Origin: an uncultured delta proteobacterium
GTDB lineage: Bacteria > Myxococcota_A > Polyangia > Palsa-1104
Assembly (NCBI GenBank): GCA_963785725.1
Contig: CAWAWS010000026.1
Span: 1-64,000, forward strand
Length of the DNA: 64,000 nt
Reading direction: 5' to 3'
The translations under genes were made by a program, and so were the position numbers. The stretch's first letter is position 1. Each line of letters starts with the position of its first letter. The notes beneath the pieces were generated by a model, which saw nothing but the letters and a program-made list of their open reading frames with translations, searched no databases and was not told the origin of the DNA. Below are positions 1 through 10,329 of this stretch, piece by piece.

Positions 1-236
1 GCGCCGCGAGATCGGTCGTCGTCAGATCGGTTGCGCGAGCTAACAGTCGTGCCGCTTCGATGGGCGCGGCCGGCGCGGGTATCGCGCGCGGTCGTCGTCA
101 CGGACGAGCGCGAGCGGGGGAGCGCGCGCCCCCCAACCGTGAGGCTGCGCGCCTCAGCCGGACGTCACTTTTGTCTTTGATCTGTCCTCTTTACGAGACA
201 ATGTCTGACGGCATCAGCCATGCTTACCCGTGCTAC

Positions 237-521
237 ATGAGCCGCGCCGACCCCCGATTGCTCTTCGAGCTGCTGCAAGAAGTCCGCAGTCTGGTGGCGC
301 AGCCGAGCAACGACTTCTTGTGGTCGCCGTGGGACGGGCCCGAGGACGCGCTGCGCGAGATCGACGGCCTGCGCAGCCAGCTCGCCGACGGCGCGGTGCC
401 GGCGCGCGCGTTGAAGGCGCTGTTCGCGCCGACGGGCAGCCTGCAGGAGCTGAGCGCCAGCAGCGGCTGGGGGCACGAGTTTCTGCAGCTGGCCGAGCGC
501 TTCGACACGCTGATCGGCTAG
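237..521 (+). CDS. Conserved hypothetical protein (~94 aa)
   Basis: The 3' part of ORF 60..521 has coding-like codon usage and a protein-like C-terminus (LFAPTGSLQELSASSGWGHEFLQLAERFD). Start is ATG 237 or 201. Confidence 0.6.
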   Translation: MSRADPRLLFELLQEVRSLVAQPSNDFLWSPWDGPEDALREIDGLRSQLADGAVPARALKALFAPTGSLQELSASSGWGHEFLQLAERFDTLIG

Positions 522-578
522 GATTTTTGGGCGCCGCCCGTTGACAAGCGCGGCCGGCGTGACCATCCAAAGTCGCTG

Positions 579-884
579 ATGCGCGCGACGAGCCTACTGC
601 GCCGCTGTGCCGTGCTGGCGCTGCTGTTCGCCATGTCCGGCGTCGGCCACTTGCCCGACCGTCGCGTCGAGCCGGCCGAGGTCGCGCCCGTCACCGCCAC
701 GCAGCCGCGCCTGACGCAGCCGTCGCCGCGCGTCGAACGCTCGGCAGCCGTGCGCGCACACGTCGTCGCCGCACGCGTTTCGCCCGTTGCGCCGGCGCGC
801 GCGCCGGTCAGTCTCAGGCCGGGCGCCGTCGCCACACGCTTCGTCAGCCGCCTCTACCTTCGCCACCGCGCGCTCCTCATCTGA
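579..884 (+). CDS. Small protein with N-terminal hydrophobic segment and C-terminal RLYLRHRALLI motif (possible leader peptide)
   Basis: ATG at 579, TTGACA at 541-546 upstream, signal-like N-terminus and Pro/Ala-rich middle. Confidence 0.45.
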   Translation: MRATSLLRRCAVLALLFAMSGVGHLPDRRVEPAEVAPVTATQPRLTQPSPRVERSAAVRAHVVAARVSPVAPARAPVSLRPGAVATRFVSRLYLRHRALLI

Positions 885-1005
885 TTTCGCGCTCGCCCCC
901 GAGTCGAAATGAGAGCACCGCAAATGACGGCGTCTGCCGTCGGTGAGGAGGCGTCATGTGCAAAACGGATCGCAAAGTGTCGCGCTCGTTCGAGGCGGCG
1001 TAGTC

Positions 1006-1275
1006 ATGCATTGGCATGGGTGGCAGTGGGCGCTGGTGGTCGTCGCGCTCGGGCTCGTCGATCGACTGCTGTTGTGGGCGGAAGATCGCGACTGGATTTA
1101 CTACCGCACGCGCAAGCCGAGCCTGTCGAGCGTGGCCAGCGCGCTCTTTCATCTACAGGCCATCGCGCAGCCGGAGAAGCAGCACATCGTCGACCAGCAG
1201 CGCAAGATTCACGAGGAGAGCGCGGACGAGGATGACATTCCGCCGCCGCCGATCGACGACCTGCCTAAACCGTAA
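1006..1275 (+). CDS. DUF6191-like small membrane-anchored protein
   Basis: N-terminal TM segment, then DRLLLWAEDRDWIYYR...LQAIAQPEKQH and an acidic/Pro tail, as I recall for this family. Confidence 0.6.
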   Translation: MHWHGWQWALVVVALGLVDRLLLWAEDRDWIYYRTRKPSLSSVASALFHLQAIAQPEKQHIVDQQRKIHEESADEDDIPPPPIDDLPKP

Positions 1276-1278
1276 CCC

Positions 1279-2331
1279 TCAGTCCTGCAGCGAGTGGCAG
1301 GTGTAGCCGTCAGGGTGCTTGACGAGATACTTCTGGTGATACTCCTCGGCCGTGTAGAACGGCTTGGCCGGGCTCACCTCGGTCACGATCGGCTGCTTGA
1401 AGCGGCCCGAGTGGTCGAACTCCGCCTTCACGCGCTCGGCCGTCTTGTGCTGCTCCTCGCTGGTGTAGAAGATCGCCGAGCGATACTGCGTGCCGACGTC
1501 GTTGTGCTGGCGATCCTTGGTCGTCGGATCGTGCATGCGGAAGAAGTAGTCGAGCAGCTTGGCGTAGCTCATCTTGTCGGGATCGAACACGACCTGCACC
1601 GACTCGGCGTGGCCGGTCTCGCCCGTCGACACGTCTTCGTAGCCGGGGCTCGCGACCTGCCCGCCCGAGTAGCCGACCTTGGTGTCGATGACGCCCGGCA
1701 GCTTGCGAATGATCTCTTCCATGCCCCAAAAGCAGCCGCCGGCGAGGATGGCGGTCTCGCGGCGCTGCTTGGGCGCGGCGATGATCCCGGCTTTGACGAA
1801 CGGCGCCAGCTGCTCGGCGTACCCTTGCGCCTGCATCTCGGTCACCGGGATGAAGCGCAGCGACGCCGAGTTGATGCAGTAGCGCTTGTGCGTCGGTCCC
1901 GGCCCGTCGTCGAAGAGGTGCCCGAGGTGCGAATCAGCCTGTTGTGACCGCACTTCGGTGCGCTCCATGCCGTACGAGGAGTCGGTCTTCTCGACGGTCT
2001 TGTTCAGCGGCGCCGAGAAGCTCGGCCAGCCGCAGCCGGAGTCGAACTTGTCGAGCGAGCTGAAGAGCGGCTCGCCGGACACGACGTCGACGTAAATTCC
2101 CGGGCGCTTCTCGTCCCAGAACTTGTTGTGGAAGGCCGGCTCCGTCGCCGCGTGCTGCGTGACCGCGTATTCCTCGGGCGTCAGGCGCTTCTTGAGCTCC
2201 TCGTCCGACGGCTTCTTGTAGCTGCCGCCCGTCTGCGCCTGCGGGCTGGCGTGGCTCGTCGACGTCAACACGCGGCTGGCGGCAAAGGCGCCGACCACGC
2301 CGCAGAGCGCTAACAATGGCAGATGCCGCAT
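1279..2331 (-). CDS. msrAB: Exported bifunctional methionine sulfoxide reductase MsrB-MsrA
   Basis: MsrB motifs [21 protein letters not shown] and RYCINS; MsrA motifs GGCFWG and AEEYHQKY; N-terminal signal peptide. Confidence 0.95.
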   Translation of the reverse strand: MRHLPLLALCGVVGAFAASRVLTSTSHASPQAQTGGSYKKPSDEELKKRLTPEEYAVTQHAATEPAFHNKFWDEKRPGIYVDVVSGEPLFSSLDKFDSGCGWPSFSAPLNKTVEKTDSSYGMERTEVRSQQADSHLGHLFDDGPGPTHKRYCINSASLRFIPVTEMQAQGYAEQLAPFVKAGIIAAPKQRRETAILAGGCFWGMEEIIRKLPGVIDTKVGYSGGQVASPGYEDVSTGETGHAESVQVVFDPDKMSYAKLLDYFFRMHDPTTKDRQHNDVGTQYRSAIFYTSEEQHKTAERVKAEFDHSGRFKQPIVTEVSPAKPFYTAEEYHQKYLVKHPDGYTCHSLQD

Positions 2332-2410
2332 TCGTCTCACCTCGCTGGGCATACGTCCGAGCGTCATAAAAGTTACGAAGCCCGGCGGCCGGCGGATGTT
2401 ACCGATTACT

Positions 2411-3515
2411 TCACTCGGGCTCGCCGGCGGTGACCGTTGCGACTGTAGGCGCTGGCGCGTCCGCCGTCGCCACGTCGCGCCACCAGGGCGTCGGTCCGGC
2501 GACGAGCGCGGGCTCGAACGGTCGGCCGAGGAGCGGCGTCAGCACGCGCGCGTCAGCCGGTCCGGCGAGCCTGAGCAGCGTCTCGGCCGGCTCGTCCCAC
2601 GCGTGCAAGCCGAGATCGAAGGTGCCCCAATGAACGGGCATGAGCGTGCCCTTGCCGAGCAGCTCGAACGCCCGCAGCGCATTGCTCGGGGCCGAGGTGA
2701 ATGTCGCCCCACGCTTGGTGCCAGGCGCCGATCTCCAGCATCGTGACGTCGAAGGGGCCGAGCTTGGCGCCGATGACGCCGAACTCGTCGGTCAAGCCAG
2801 TGTCGCCGGAGAAGAAGAGCTTGTGGCGATCGGTCTGGATGACCCACGAGGACCACAGCGTCGTGTTGCGATCGCCGAGGCCGCGGCCCGAGAAGTGCTG
2901 CGCCGGCGTGGCCGTGAACGCGAGCGCGCCGCCCGGCCCGACGAGCGTATGCTGCTCCCACCAGTCGAGCTCGGTGATGAGCGCGGCCTCGACGCCCAGC
3001 CGCTCGAGGTGCGCGCCGACGCCGAGCGACGTGACGAACGGGACGCGCAGCGCGGCCAGCTGGCGGATGCTCTCGGTGCACAAGTGATCGTAGTGGTCGT
3101 GCGAGAGCAGCACGGCGTCGAGCCGCGGCAGCTCGGCGATCGTCGCCGGCACCGGATGAAAACGGCGCGGCCCGGCGAACGACAGCGGCGAGGCGCGCTT
3201 GCCGAAGACCGGATCGGTCAGGACGCGCACGCCGTCGGACTCGATGAGCATCGTCGAATGGCCGAGCCACGTGATGCGCAAGCCGCCGCTCGAGGACGAC
3301 AGCGGCTTCGACCAGGCGGCGAGCGGGCGCTCGACCGGCAGCTCGACGGGCGGGCGACGCTTGGCGCCGCCGAAGAAGAACTCGCCCATGATCGGCAGCG
3401 GATTGCCCTTCAGCCCCGGACGCGCGCCGTTGGTGTTGTGGAAGACGCCGTCGCGGAACTGCTTGGACGCGTGCGCGCGCTCGCGCCGTAAGCCGTGCAA
3501 AGTCGCCATGGCCAT
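2411..3515 (-). CDS. MBL-fold metallo-hydrolase (RomA/NAPE-PLD-like), one frameshift near 2690
   Basis: [22 protein letters not shown] and FFSGDTG in ORF 2553..3515; PVHWGTF continues in ORF 2411..2641. An extra base in a G4 run explains the break. Confidence 0.85.
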
Positions 3516-3586
3516 AAGGTGTACGACGATCTTCGCCGTTGTCGAGGCGCAGCGGATACTGAAGTAACTGCTACAGTATTGGCCGC

Positions 3587-4636
3587 ATGAGCAACTCGAG
3601 CCCGATCGATTGGGGACGCGCGCACGGCGTGCTCATCGGCCTCGCGGTCGGCGACGCGCTGGGCACGACGCACGAGTTCCAACGTTTGCAGGCGCCGGCG
3701 TTTCCGCGGTTGGCCGATGGTCCGCTGCGCGATATCGTCGGTGGCGGGCCTTTTTCGCTGCGAGCGGGCCAGGTCACCGATGACACGCAGATGGCGGTCT
3801 GCCTGTCGGACAGCTTGCTCGCGCGTGGCGGCTTCGACGCGGAAGACGTGGCCGCGCGGTACGTCGCGTGGCGTGAGCACTGCTTCGACATCGGCACGCA
3901 GACGCGTGCGGCGCTCGAGCTCGTTCGCGACGGCTATTCGGCGGCGGGCGCCGGTCGACGCGTGTGGCTCGAAGGCGGCAAGCGCGCCGCCGGCAACGGC
4001 TCGCTCATGCGCACGGCGCCCATCGGCGTCTTTGTCGCCGGCGACGAGGCGCGACGGGCGGCGTCGTTCGGCGACTCGGCGGTGACGCACTTCGATCCGC
4101 GCTGCCAGCTCGCCTGCGCCGCGTTGAACGCCGCCGTCGCCGCTGGAATTCGCGGTGCCGACGCGGCGACGATGGCTGCCGCCGCCGACGACGAGCTCGC
4201 CGTCGCCGCCGCCGTGCTCGCCGCGCACATCGCCGACGAGCGCGCCACCATCGAAGATGCCGAGCGCGTGTTGCACCTCGATCTGCGAGCGGCGCGTGAC
4301 GACGATCCGCAGCTCTACACGAGCGAATTACACCTGCATGAGCATAAGGGATTCGTGCGCGTCGCGTTTCGCCTGGCCTTCTGGCACCTCGCGCACACGA
4401 GCGATCCGACGCGCGTGCTCGTCGACGTCGCCAACCGCGGCGGCGACGCCGACACCAACGCGGCCATCGCCGGCGCGCTCGTCGGCGCGTGTCACGGCTC
4501 GACGCCGCTGCCGCTCGTCTGGCAGCGCCGCGTGCTCGACGCGCTGCAGGGGGATCCGCCGAGCGCGCTATCGACCGACTATCATCCGCGCCGCTTCCTG
4601 AAGGCGCTCGAAAGCTGGAAGCGCCTCAGCGCTTGA
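3587..4636 (+). CDS. ADP-ribosylglycohydrolase (DraG/ARH family)
   Basis: GLAVGDALG, TDDTQMA, GNGSLMR and GGDADTNAAIAG motifs. Confidence 0.93.
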   Translation: MSNSSPIDWGRAHGVLIGLAVGDALGTTHEFQRLQAPAFPRLADGPLRDIVGGGPFSLRAGQVTDDTQMAVCLSDSLLARGGFDAEDVAARYVAWREHCFDIGTQTRAALELVRDGYSAAGAGRRVWLEGGKRAAGNGSLMRTAPIGVFVAGDEARRAASFGDSAVTHFDPRCQLACAALNAAVAAGIRGADAATMAAAADDELAVAAAVLAAHIADERATIEDAERVLHLDLRAARDDDPQLYTSELHLHEHKGFVRVAFRLAFWHLAHTSDPTRVLVDVANRGGDADTNAAIAGALVGACHGSTPLPLVWQRRVLDALQGDPPSALSTDYHPRRFLKALESWKRLSA

Positions 4637-4762
4637 CGATCGGCTGCGTGAAGATGAGGTGATTGCCGAACGGATCGTGGACGCCCATGTCGCGCGTGCC
4701 CAATCGGTGTCGCTGAGCCCTCGTCGAAGCGAAGCGGCTCATGCGCCGAGCTCACTCGGGCG

Positions 4763-6205
4763 TCAGCTCTTGGTGTAGACGCGGACGTAGTCGACCTTCA
4801 TGGTCTGCGGGAAGACGGTCGTGCCGTCGGGCGAGCCCGGCCAATCGCCGCCGACCGCGACGTTCAAGATGATGAAGAACGGGTGGTCATAAACCCAGGT
4901 GTCGCCGGCGGGGATTTGCGCCGGCGTGATCGTCTCGTACAAGTTGCCGTCGACGAAGAACTTGACCAGATCCGGCGACCATTCGAGCGCGTAGTTGTGA
5001 TAGCCGTCGTTGAGCGTCGTGCCCGGATAGGCCCACTCGCCGGTGATGTCTTGGCCGCCGGAATAGCCGGGGCCGTGCATGCTGCCGTGGTTGTGGTCCA
5101 TGTCGGTGCCGATCGTTTCCATGATGTCGAGCTCACCGCACTGCGGCCAGCCGACGATCTGGGCGTTGCGCGCGTTGGTGCCGATGTTGTCGCCGAGCAC
5201 CCAGAACGCCGGCCAAATGCCTTGGCCCGTCGGCATCCACACGCGCGCTTCGAAGCGACCGTACGCTTGCGTAAAGTGCGCTGCCGTATTGACTCGGCCC
5301 GAGGTGTAGCTGTGGCCCATGTACGATTCGGCGCGGGCGATGATCTGGAGATTCCCGTCGCCGTCGACCGTGACGTTGCTGGCGCGCGAGGTGTAATACT
5401 CGAGCTCGTCGTTGGCGGGCGAGCCGTTGACCTCGGCGGTCCATTTGGTGGCGTCGGGCGCGCCGGCGGCGCCGTTGAACTCGTCGGACCAGCTGAGCGT
5501 CCAGCCGGCGAGCGACTCGGTCGTGGCCAAGCCGGTGGCCGGCCCGATCTGGAAGGTCTCGTCGGCGGTGACGCTGCTGGCGCTGGAGACGAGCGTCGAG
5601 CCGCCGCCGTTGGTCGCCGACATGAACGTGCCCGTCGAATCCTCGAGCGAGAACGAGTCGCCGTCGACGATGGTCTTGGCCGCCGAGCCGTCCGCCTTGG
5701 TGACGAGACCGATGGTGAACGTCTCGGTCGCGCCGACGCCGGTGGCTTGCGCGTTCATGCTGCCGCCGCTGGCCGACAGATATTGGCCGCCGCTGACCTG
5801 GAAGCTGACGCTGTCGCCGTCCATCAAGTCGCCGCCGTTGTGGTCGATGAGCTGGAAGGTCTCCCAGCCTTGCGGCGCGTAGCGATCGGCGTAGACCGTC
5901 GAGCCGCCGCCGTTGAGCGCGCCGCAGTAGGTGTGCGCGACCAGCGTCTTGATGGTCGCGACGCGCGTCGACGGCGTCGTTGACGTCGAGCCGCCGCCGC
6001 TGGCACTGCCGCCGCCGTTCGACGTCGAGCCGCCGCCGCTGGCGCTGCCGCCGCCATTCGACGTCGAGCCGCCGCCGTTCGACGTCGAGCCGCCGCCACC
6101 GGCGCTGCCGCCGCCGCCGCCGTCCGACTTCGAGGCGATGTTGCCACCGCAGCCGATGATGCAGGCGGTCCATAGACCAAAGCCGATCGCGGTCCAGCGT
6201 CTCAT
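4763..6205 (-). CDS. Lipoprotein: Gly/Ser linker, fascin-like beta-trefoil, GH16 (laminarinase-like) domain
   Basis: Lipobox IIGC; WSDEFNG, GIWPAFW, catalytic ELDIME and MKVDYVRVY motifs; WETF/TETF/DETF repeats of a fascin-like domain. Confidence 0.88.
   Translation of the reverse strand: MRRWTAIGFGLWTACIIGCGGNIASKSDGGGGGSAGGGGSTSNGGGSTSNGGGSASGGGSTSNGGGSASGGGSTSTTPSTRVATIKTLVAHTYCGALNGGGSTVYADRYAPQGWETFQLIDHNGGDLMDGDSVSFQVSGGQYLSASGGSMNAQATGVGATETFTIGLVTKADGSAAKTIVDGDSFSLEDSTGTFMSATNGGGSTLVSSASSVTADETFQIGPATGLATTESLAGWTLSWSDEFNGAAGAPDATKWTAEVNGSPANDELEYYTSRASNVTVDGDGNLQIIARAESYMGHSYTSGRVNTAAHFTQAYGRFEARVWMPTGQGIWPAFWVLGDNIGTNARNAQIVGWPQCGELDIMETIGTDMDHNHGSMHGPGYSGGQDITGEWAYPGTTLNDGYHNYALEWSPDLVKFFVDGNLYETITPAQIPAGDTWVYDHPFFIILNVAVGGDWPGSPDGTTVFPQTMKVDYVRVYTKS
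5982..6123 (-). repeat. Intragenic tandem repeat encoding the GGGSTSN/GGGSAS linker
   Basis: Repeated gacgtcgagccgccgcc units in frame within the GH16 gene. Confidence 0.8.
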
Positions 6206-6427
6206 GCGCGTCAGGAATGCACCTCGGGTGCCACGCATATTGTCAGTGATTGCAGCACGATGGAACCCGACATGTGGGCCCGGCGCGGGGGCCGGGACCC
6301 CACCTGTCTCCCGCTGGGTGACGCCGGCTCAGGTTGGATGCCGCGCGGGAACCAGCCGCGCCGCGATGTCGTCGCCGGCGGGCGTCGTCTTGCCGCGTGC
6401 GACCTTCGATGATATTTCCCGTCGGAC

Positions 6428-7369
6428 ATGGCGCTCAGCGCACCCAGCTCGGCCTTAGGCGCGCCCGTCGCGCTCATGATCTTCAACCGCGCCGACCTGA
6501 CCGCGCAGCTGTTCGCCGCCATCCGTGCCGCGCGACCGACGCGGCTGCTCGTCGTCGCCGACGGTCCGCGCAACGAGGCCGAGCGCGCCAAGTGTCAGGC
6601 CGCGCGCGACGTCATCCGCGTCGACTGGGACTGCCAGCTGTCGACGCACTATTCCGACGTCAACCTCGGCTGTCGCGGCCGTATCGCGAGCGGCATCGAT
6701 TGGGTCTTCCGCGAGGTCGAAGAAGCCATCATCCTCGAGGACGACACGCTGCCGTCGCCGACGTTCTTCCGCTTCTGCGCGGCGCTGCTCGAGCGCTATC
6801 GCGAGGACGAGCGCGTCATGAACATCGGCGGCACGAACCTCTATCCGCACCCGATGCCGCCGTCGCGTCCCGAGAGCTACTTCTTCTCGCGCTACGGTCA
6901 CACCGGCGGCTGGGCGACGTGGCGGCGCGCCTGGAAACATTACGACGTGACGATGTCGGCGTGGCCCGACTTCAAGCGTGCGGGGCGCATGAAGGACCTC
7001 TTCGACAGCCGCGCCGAGCAGCTCTATTGGACGATGCTGTTCGACGCGCAATACGAGGGCCGCATCGACACCTGGGATTATCAGTGGCTGTTCGCGCGGC
7101 TCGTGCAAGGCGGGCTGAGCGCGATGGCGACGGTGAACATGGTGGTCAACCTCGGCTTTCGCGCCGACGCGACGCACTCGGTGGCGATGCCGAAAGCTTG
7201 GGCGCCGGCGCGGCAGAGCCACGACCTGCACGAGCTCGTGCATCCGTCGGTGGTGCTGCCGTTTCGCGAGGTCGATCGCCATCAGTTCGACGCCATCTTC
7301 AACCCGCGCGGCGCCGCCGGCTTGGCGCTGTTCGGCCTGCGTCGCCTGGCGCAAAACTTCGGCGCGTAG
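6428..7369 (+). CDS. Glycosyltransferase, GT-A fold (HlpA-like / GT2)
   Basis: IFNR, VVADGPR, NLGC, IILEDD, WATWRRAW and TWDYQW motifs. Confidence 0.85.
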   Translation: MALSAPSSALGAPVALMIFNRADLTAQLFAAIRAARPTRLLVVADGPRNEAERAKCQAARDVIRVDWDCQLSTHYSDVNLGCRGRIASGIDWVFREVEEAIILEDDTLPSPTFFRFCAALLERYREDERVMNIGGTNLYPHPMPPSRPESYFFSRYGHTGGWATWRRAWKHYDVTMSAWPDFKRAGRMKDLFDSRAEQLYWTMLFDAQYEGRIDTWDYQWLFARLVQGGLSAMATVNMVVNLGFRADATHSVAMPKAWAPARQSHDLHELVHPSVVLPFREVDRHQFDAIFNPRGAAGLALFGLRRLAQNFGA

Positions 7370-7383
7370 CCGAGCGCGTAAGC

Positions 7384-8886
7384 TTAGTCCGCGTAGACGT
7401 TCGGGCGCGGCTTCTTGCGCAGCGTTTCGTCCCAGTTGATGGTGACAGCGAGCGAGAATATTTGCGTGTGCGCGCTGTAGCGGCCGCTGTTCACCGTCGG
7501 GAAAGGCACGTTGTTGGAGTCGGCGTTGCCGCCGGTCAAGCCGTCGATGGGGCGCAAGCTGCCGTTGGTGACTTGGCGATCGGGTGACCAGACGAAGGCG
7601 TAGGCGGCGTTGAGGCCGATGCCGCGGATGCGGTAGCCGAGCCCGACAGTGCCGGCGATCTTGGTGAGCGTGTCGAAGTCGAGCCGCGTGTCGGCGGCGT
7701 TGGTCGCGGCCGAGTCGTAGTAGCCGCCGGCGCGGACGCTCAAGATGCCGGCGGGCAACTTCGCGTTCCAGGCGCCGCCAATCCGTAAGCCGTAGGTGTC
7801 CTTGTAGTGGCGCGTGATGTCGATGGACTCGTCGCTGACGAAGACGCCGAGCGAGTCGATGTGCAGCTTGTCGCCGCCGCCTTCGGCCTGATGCCACGAC
7901 TCGTAGTTGCCGTCGAGCTCGATGTCGCCGGCTTCGAAGCCGTCGCGCAGGAAGCGGTAACGCAGGCCGAGCCGCACGACCCACGGCAGCTGCGTGTGAA
8001 ACTGCGCTTTGCCCGATTGCGCCGGCAGGTGCAGGTCGTCGTTGTGGCCGAGCTCGGCGGCGGCGTTGCTGACGGTGCCGTTGGTGTCGAGCTTGATGGG
8101 GCCGCGCACGTTGAGCCCGAGGTCGAGGTCGCGGCGCGGATGAAACATGAGGCCGAGCGCGGCGGTGGCGCCGAAGCCGTTGGTGGCCACGTGCGTCGGG
8201 ACGTCGCAGGGCTGATATTCGGCGGTCGGGCAGGCGTCGGTGCCGAGCGGCAATATCGACGCGTCCTGCAGGTGAATGTCGGCGACGACGAGGTGCACGG
8301 CGGCGCCGATGTCGAGCCAGCGCGTCACTTGCACGGCCGCCGCCAGCGTCGGATAGACGATGAGTAGGTTCTCGGACACGAGATCGTAGCGGCCGGGCGA
8401 GGGCAGGCCGTGGTCGGTCAGGCCGTAGTCGCGATTGCCGACGGCGCTCGGCGTGATGAGGCCGATGGCGAACGTCCAGCGATCGAAGTAGCCGAAGTCG
8501 GTGGAGAGGACGACCTCGGGTGACGCGAAGGCGCCGCCGTGGTTCGTCAGCGCCGGAAAGAGCTGACCGCCATAAGGCGTCTTGCCGTCGCTGGGATTGT
8601 TGGGATAGGTGCCGAAGCGGCGGAACGTGTAGTCCTGGAAGAGCAGGTTGCCGCCGACGGTGAGGCGGGTGCCGCGCTGGCGGGCGAGGCCGGCGACGTT
8701 GTACTCGATGGCCATGCCGTCGTCGGCTTTGGCGGTGAAGGCGGCGCCGCGGCCGAGCGCCTCGGCGTCGTTGTCGGGGAGCTCGAAGCCACCCGCCCAC
8801 GCCGTCCCCGAGAACGAAACGGACAGCGACAGCGACGACAACAGCAAGCTGCGCGCGCACCAGATGACCGAGCGATTCGAGGGCAT
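7384..8886 (-). CDS. OmpP1/FadL family outer-membrane long-chain fatty acid transporter
   Basis: Signal peptide followed by GGFELPDNDAEALGRGAAFTAKADD...YNVAGL; beta-barrel pattern. Confidence 0.85.
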   Translation of the reverse strand: MPSNRSVIWCARSLLLSSLSLSVSFSGTAWAGGFELPDNDAEALGRGAAFTAKADDGMAIEYNVAGLARQRGTRLTVGGNLLFQDYTFRRFGTYPNNPSDGKTPYGGQLFPALTNHGGAFASPEVVLSTDFGYFDRWTFAIGLITPSAVGNRDYGLTDHGLPSPGRYDLVSENLLIVYPTLAAAVQVTRWLDIGAAVHLVVADIHLQDASILPLGTDACPTAEYQPCDVPTHVATNGFGATAALGLMFHPRRDLDLGLNVRGPIKLDTNGTVSNAAAELGHNDDLHLPAQSGKAQFHTQLPWVVRLGLRYRFLRDGFEAGDIELDGNYESWHQAEGGGDKLHIDSLGVFVSDESIDITRHYKDTYGLRIGGAWNAKLPAGILSVRAGGYYDSAATNAADTRLDFDTLTKIAGTVGLGYRIRGIGLNAAYAFVWSPDRQVTNGSLRPIDGLTGGNADSNNVPFPTVNSGRYSAHTQIFSLAVTINWDETLRKKPRPNVYAD

Positions 8887-9058
8887 GGCGTCGCGAGCGT
8901 CGTCCGCGGCGGCCGTCGCGGTCAAGCGTTTCCCGTCGCTGCCGCGGCGCGTCGCGCGGAAGATGGGTGCATCCAAGTGCGGCGCCTTTAGCGCGATTTG
9001 CCGACTGACATTGTCGTGTCGTCTGCGCTACGGTCCCGCGAAAGTGGAGGTCGATCTC

Positions 9059-9997
9059 ATGCGACGATTAGCTTGCGTGTCTCTCTTGTCGATGATCGCT
9101 GTCGGCTGCGGCAGCTCTTCGAGCTCCAAGGCGACCGGTGGCAACGGCGCCGCGGGCGGATCGTCGTCCGCCGGCGGATCGGGAAGCGCCGGTGGCAGCG
9201 GAACCGCGGGTGGAACCGGCGCGGCCGGCGGTGGCGGAACGGCGGGCGGCACCGGCACCGGCGCCGGCCAGCTGCCGAGCGCGTTCGGCACGTACATCGA
9301 GATCGGCGACTCCATCTCCGACAAAGGCGGCGTCGGCCCGTACTTCTACGACCTGTTGTACGCCAACGACGACACGACCTATCCGACGTGGGCGGGCCTC
9401 GATCTGTCGACGAAGTTCAAGGCCACGACGCACCTGCACGGCGCCGTCGCCGGCTCGGAGACGAAGGACCTCGTCGGGCAGATCGCGGGCTTGCCGGCGA
9501 CGGCGACCGGCCCCGTGCTCGTCACGATCACGTCGGGCGGCAACGATCTGCGCGCCGCGGCGTCGCAAGCGATCGCCGGCACCGACCAGACGTATCTGAC
9601 GGCGATGGCGACCAACATCGACGCCGCGTTGGCGGCGCTGACGGCGAGCGGCCGCTTCGGCGCCGGCGTCGAGGTCTACGTCTTGTACGCGAACATCTAC
9701 GATCCGACCGACGAGACCGGTAACTTCGCGAGCTGCGGCCTGCCGCTCGATCTCTTCAAGCCGACGCCCGCCGTCACCATCGCCGCGTTCGGGCGCTGGA
9801 ACGCCGTCATCTCGACCGAGAGCGCGAAGTATCCCAACGTCTTCGTCGAGCCGCTGCACGACGACTTCTTGGGCCACGGCATCGTCGACTCGGTCAACTG
9901 GTTCTACAGCGACTGCATCCACCCCGACACGCCCGGCCATCACCAGATTCGCCGCTTGATGTGGAAGGCGCTCACCGGCGCCGACGGCCCGGCGTAG
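9059..9997 (+). CDS. SGNH/GDSL hydrolase lipoprotein
   Basis: GGAGG RBS; lipobox AVGC; Gly-rich linker; GDSI, GGND and DCIHP blocks. Confidence 0.88.
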   Translation: MRRLACVSLLSMIAVGCGSSSSSKATGGNGAAGGSSSAGGSGSAGGSGTAGGTGAAGGGGTAGGTGTGAGQLPSAFGTYIEIGDSISDKGGVGPYFYDLLYANDDTTYPTWAGLDLSTKFKATTHLHGAVAGSETKDLVGQIAGLPATATGPVLVTITSGGNDLRAAASQAIAGTDQTYLTAMATNIDAALAALTASGRFGAGVEVYVLYANIYDPTDETGNFASCGLPLDLFKPTPAVTIAAFGRWNAVISTESAKYPNVFVEPLHDDFLGHGIVDSVNWFYSDCIHPDTPGHHQIRRLMWKALTGADGPA

Positions 9998-10329
9998 CGC
10001 TTCCGACACCGCCTCGCTTCCGCAACTCGCTCGTCACCTCACCTTCGATAGCTTCGTTCGCACGTCTCTCGTCACCGACGAGCGGCTTCGTTCGTCATGC
10101 GCTGACGAGCAGCTCCTGCCCGGTGACACCGATGATCCGCCGACACCTCCTGACGTTCGCGCCTGACTAATCGTCGCTGGCGCCGTGGCGCCTCCGCGGG
10201 CGCGGCAGCACATTCAGGTCGTCGTTTCGCAACGACGAGCGCCTCCAACTAGTTTCATTTCTCCCTTCGAGCGTGCGGCCAATGATGCGGGTCCGGCGCG
10301 TTTTCGCGTCGGTAAGGGGAGTCGGACCC

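Noticed and set aside
2411..4636. MBL hydrolase plus ADP-ribosylglycohydrolase as an anti-phage or toxin-antitoxin system
   Set aside because: The genes are divergent, both families are common, and no ADP-ribosyltransferase or defence gene is nearby.
4710..4732. REP-like motif tcgctgagccctcgtcgaagcga
   Set aside because: Only one copy in the window and no RAYT transposase, so it cannot be supported.
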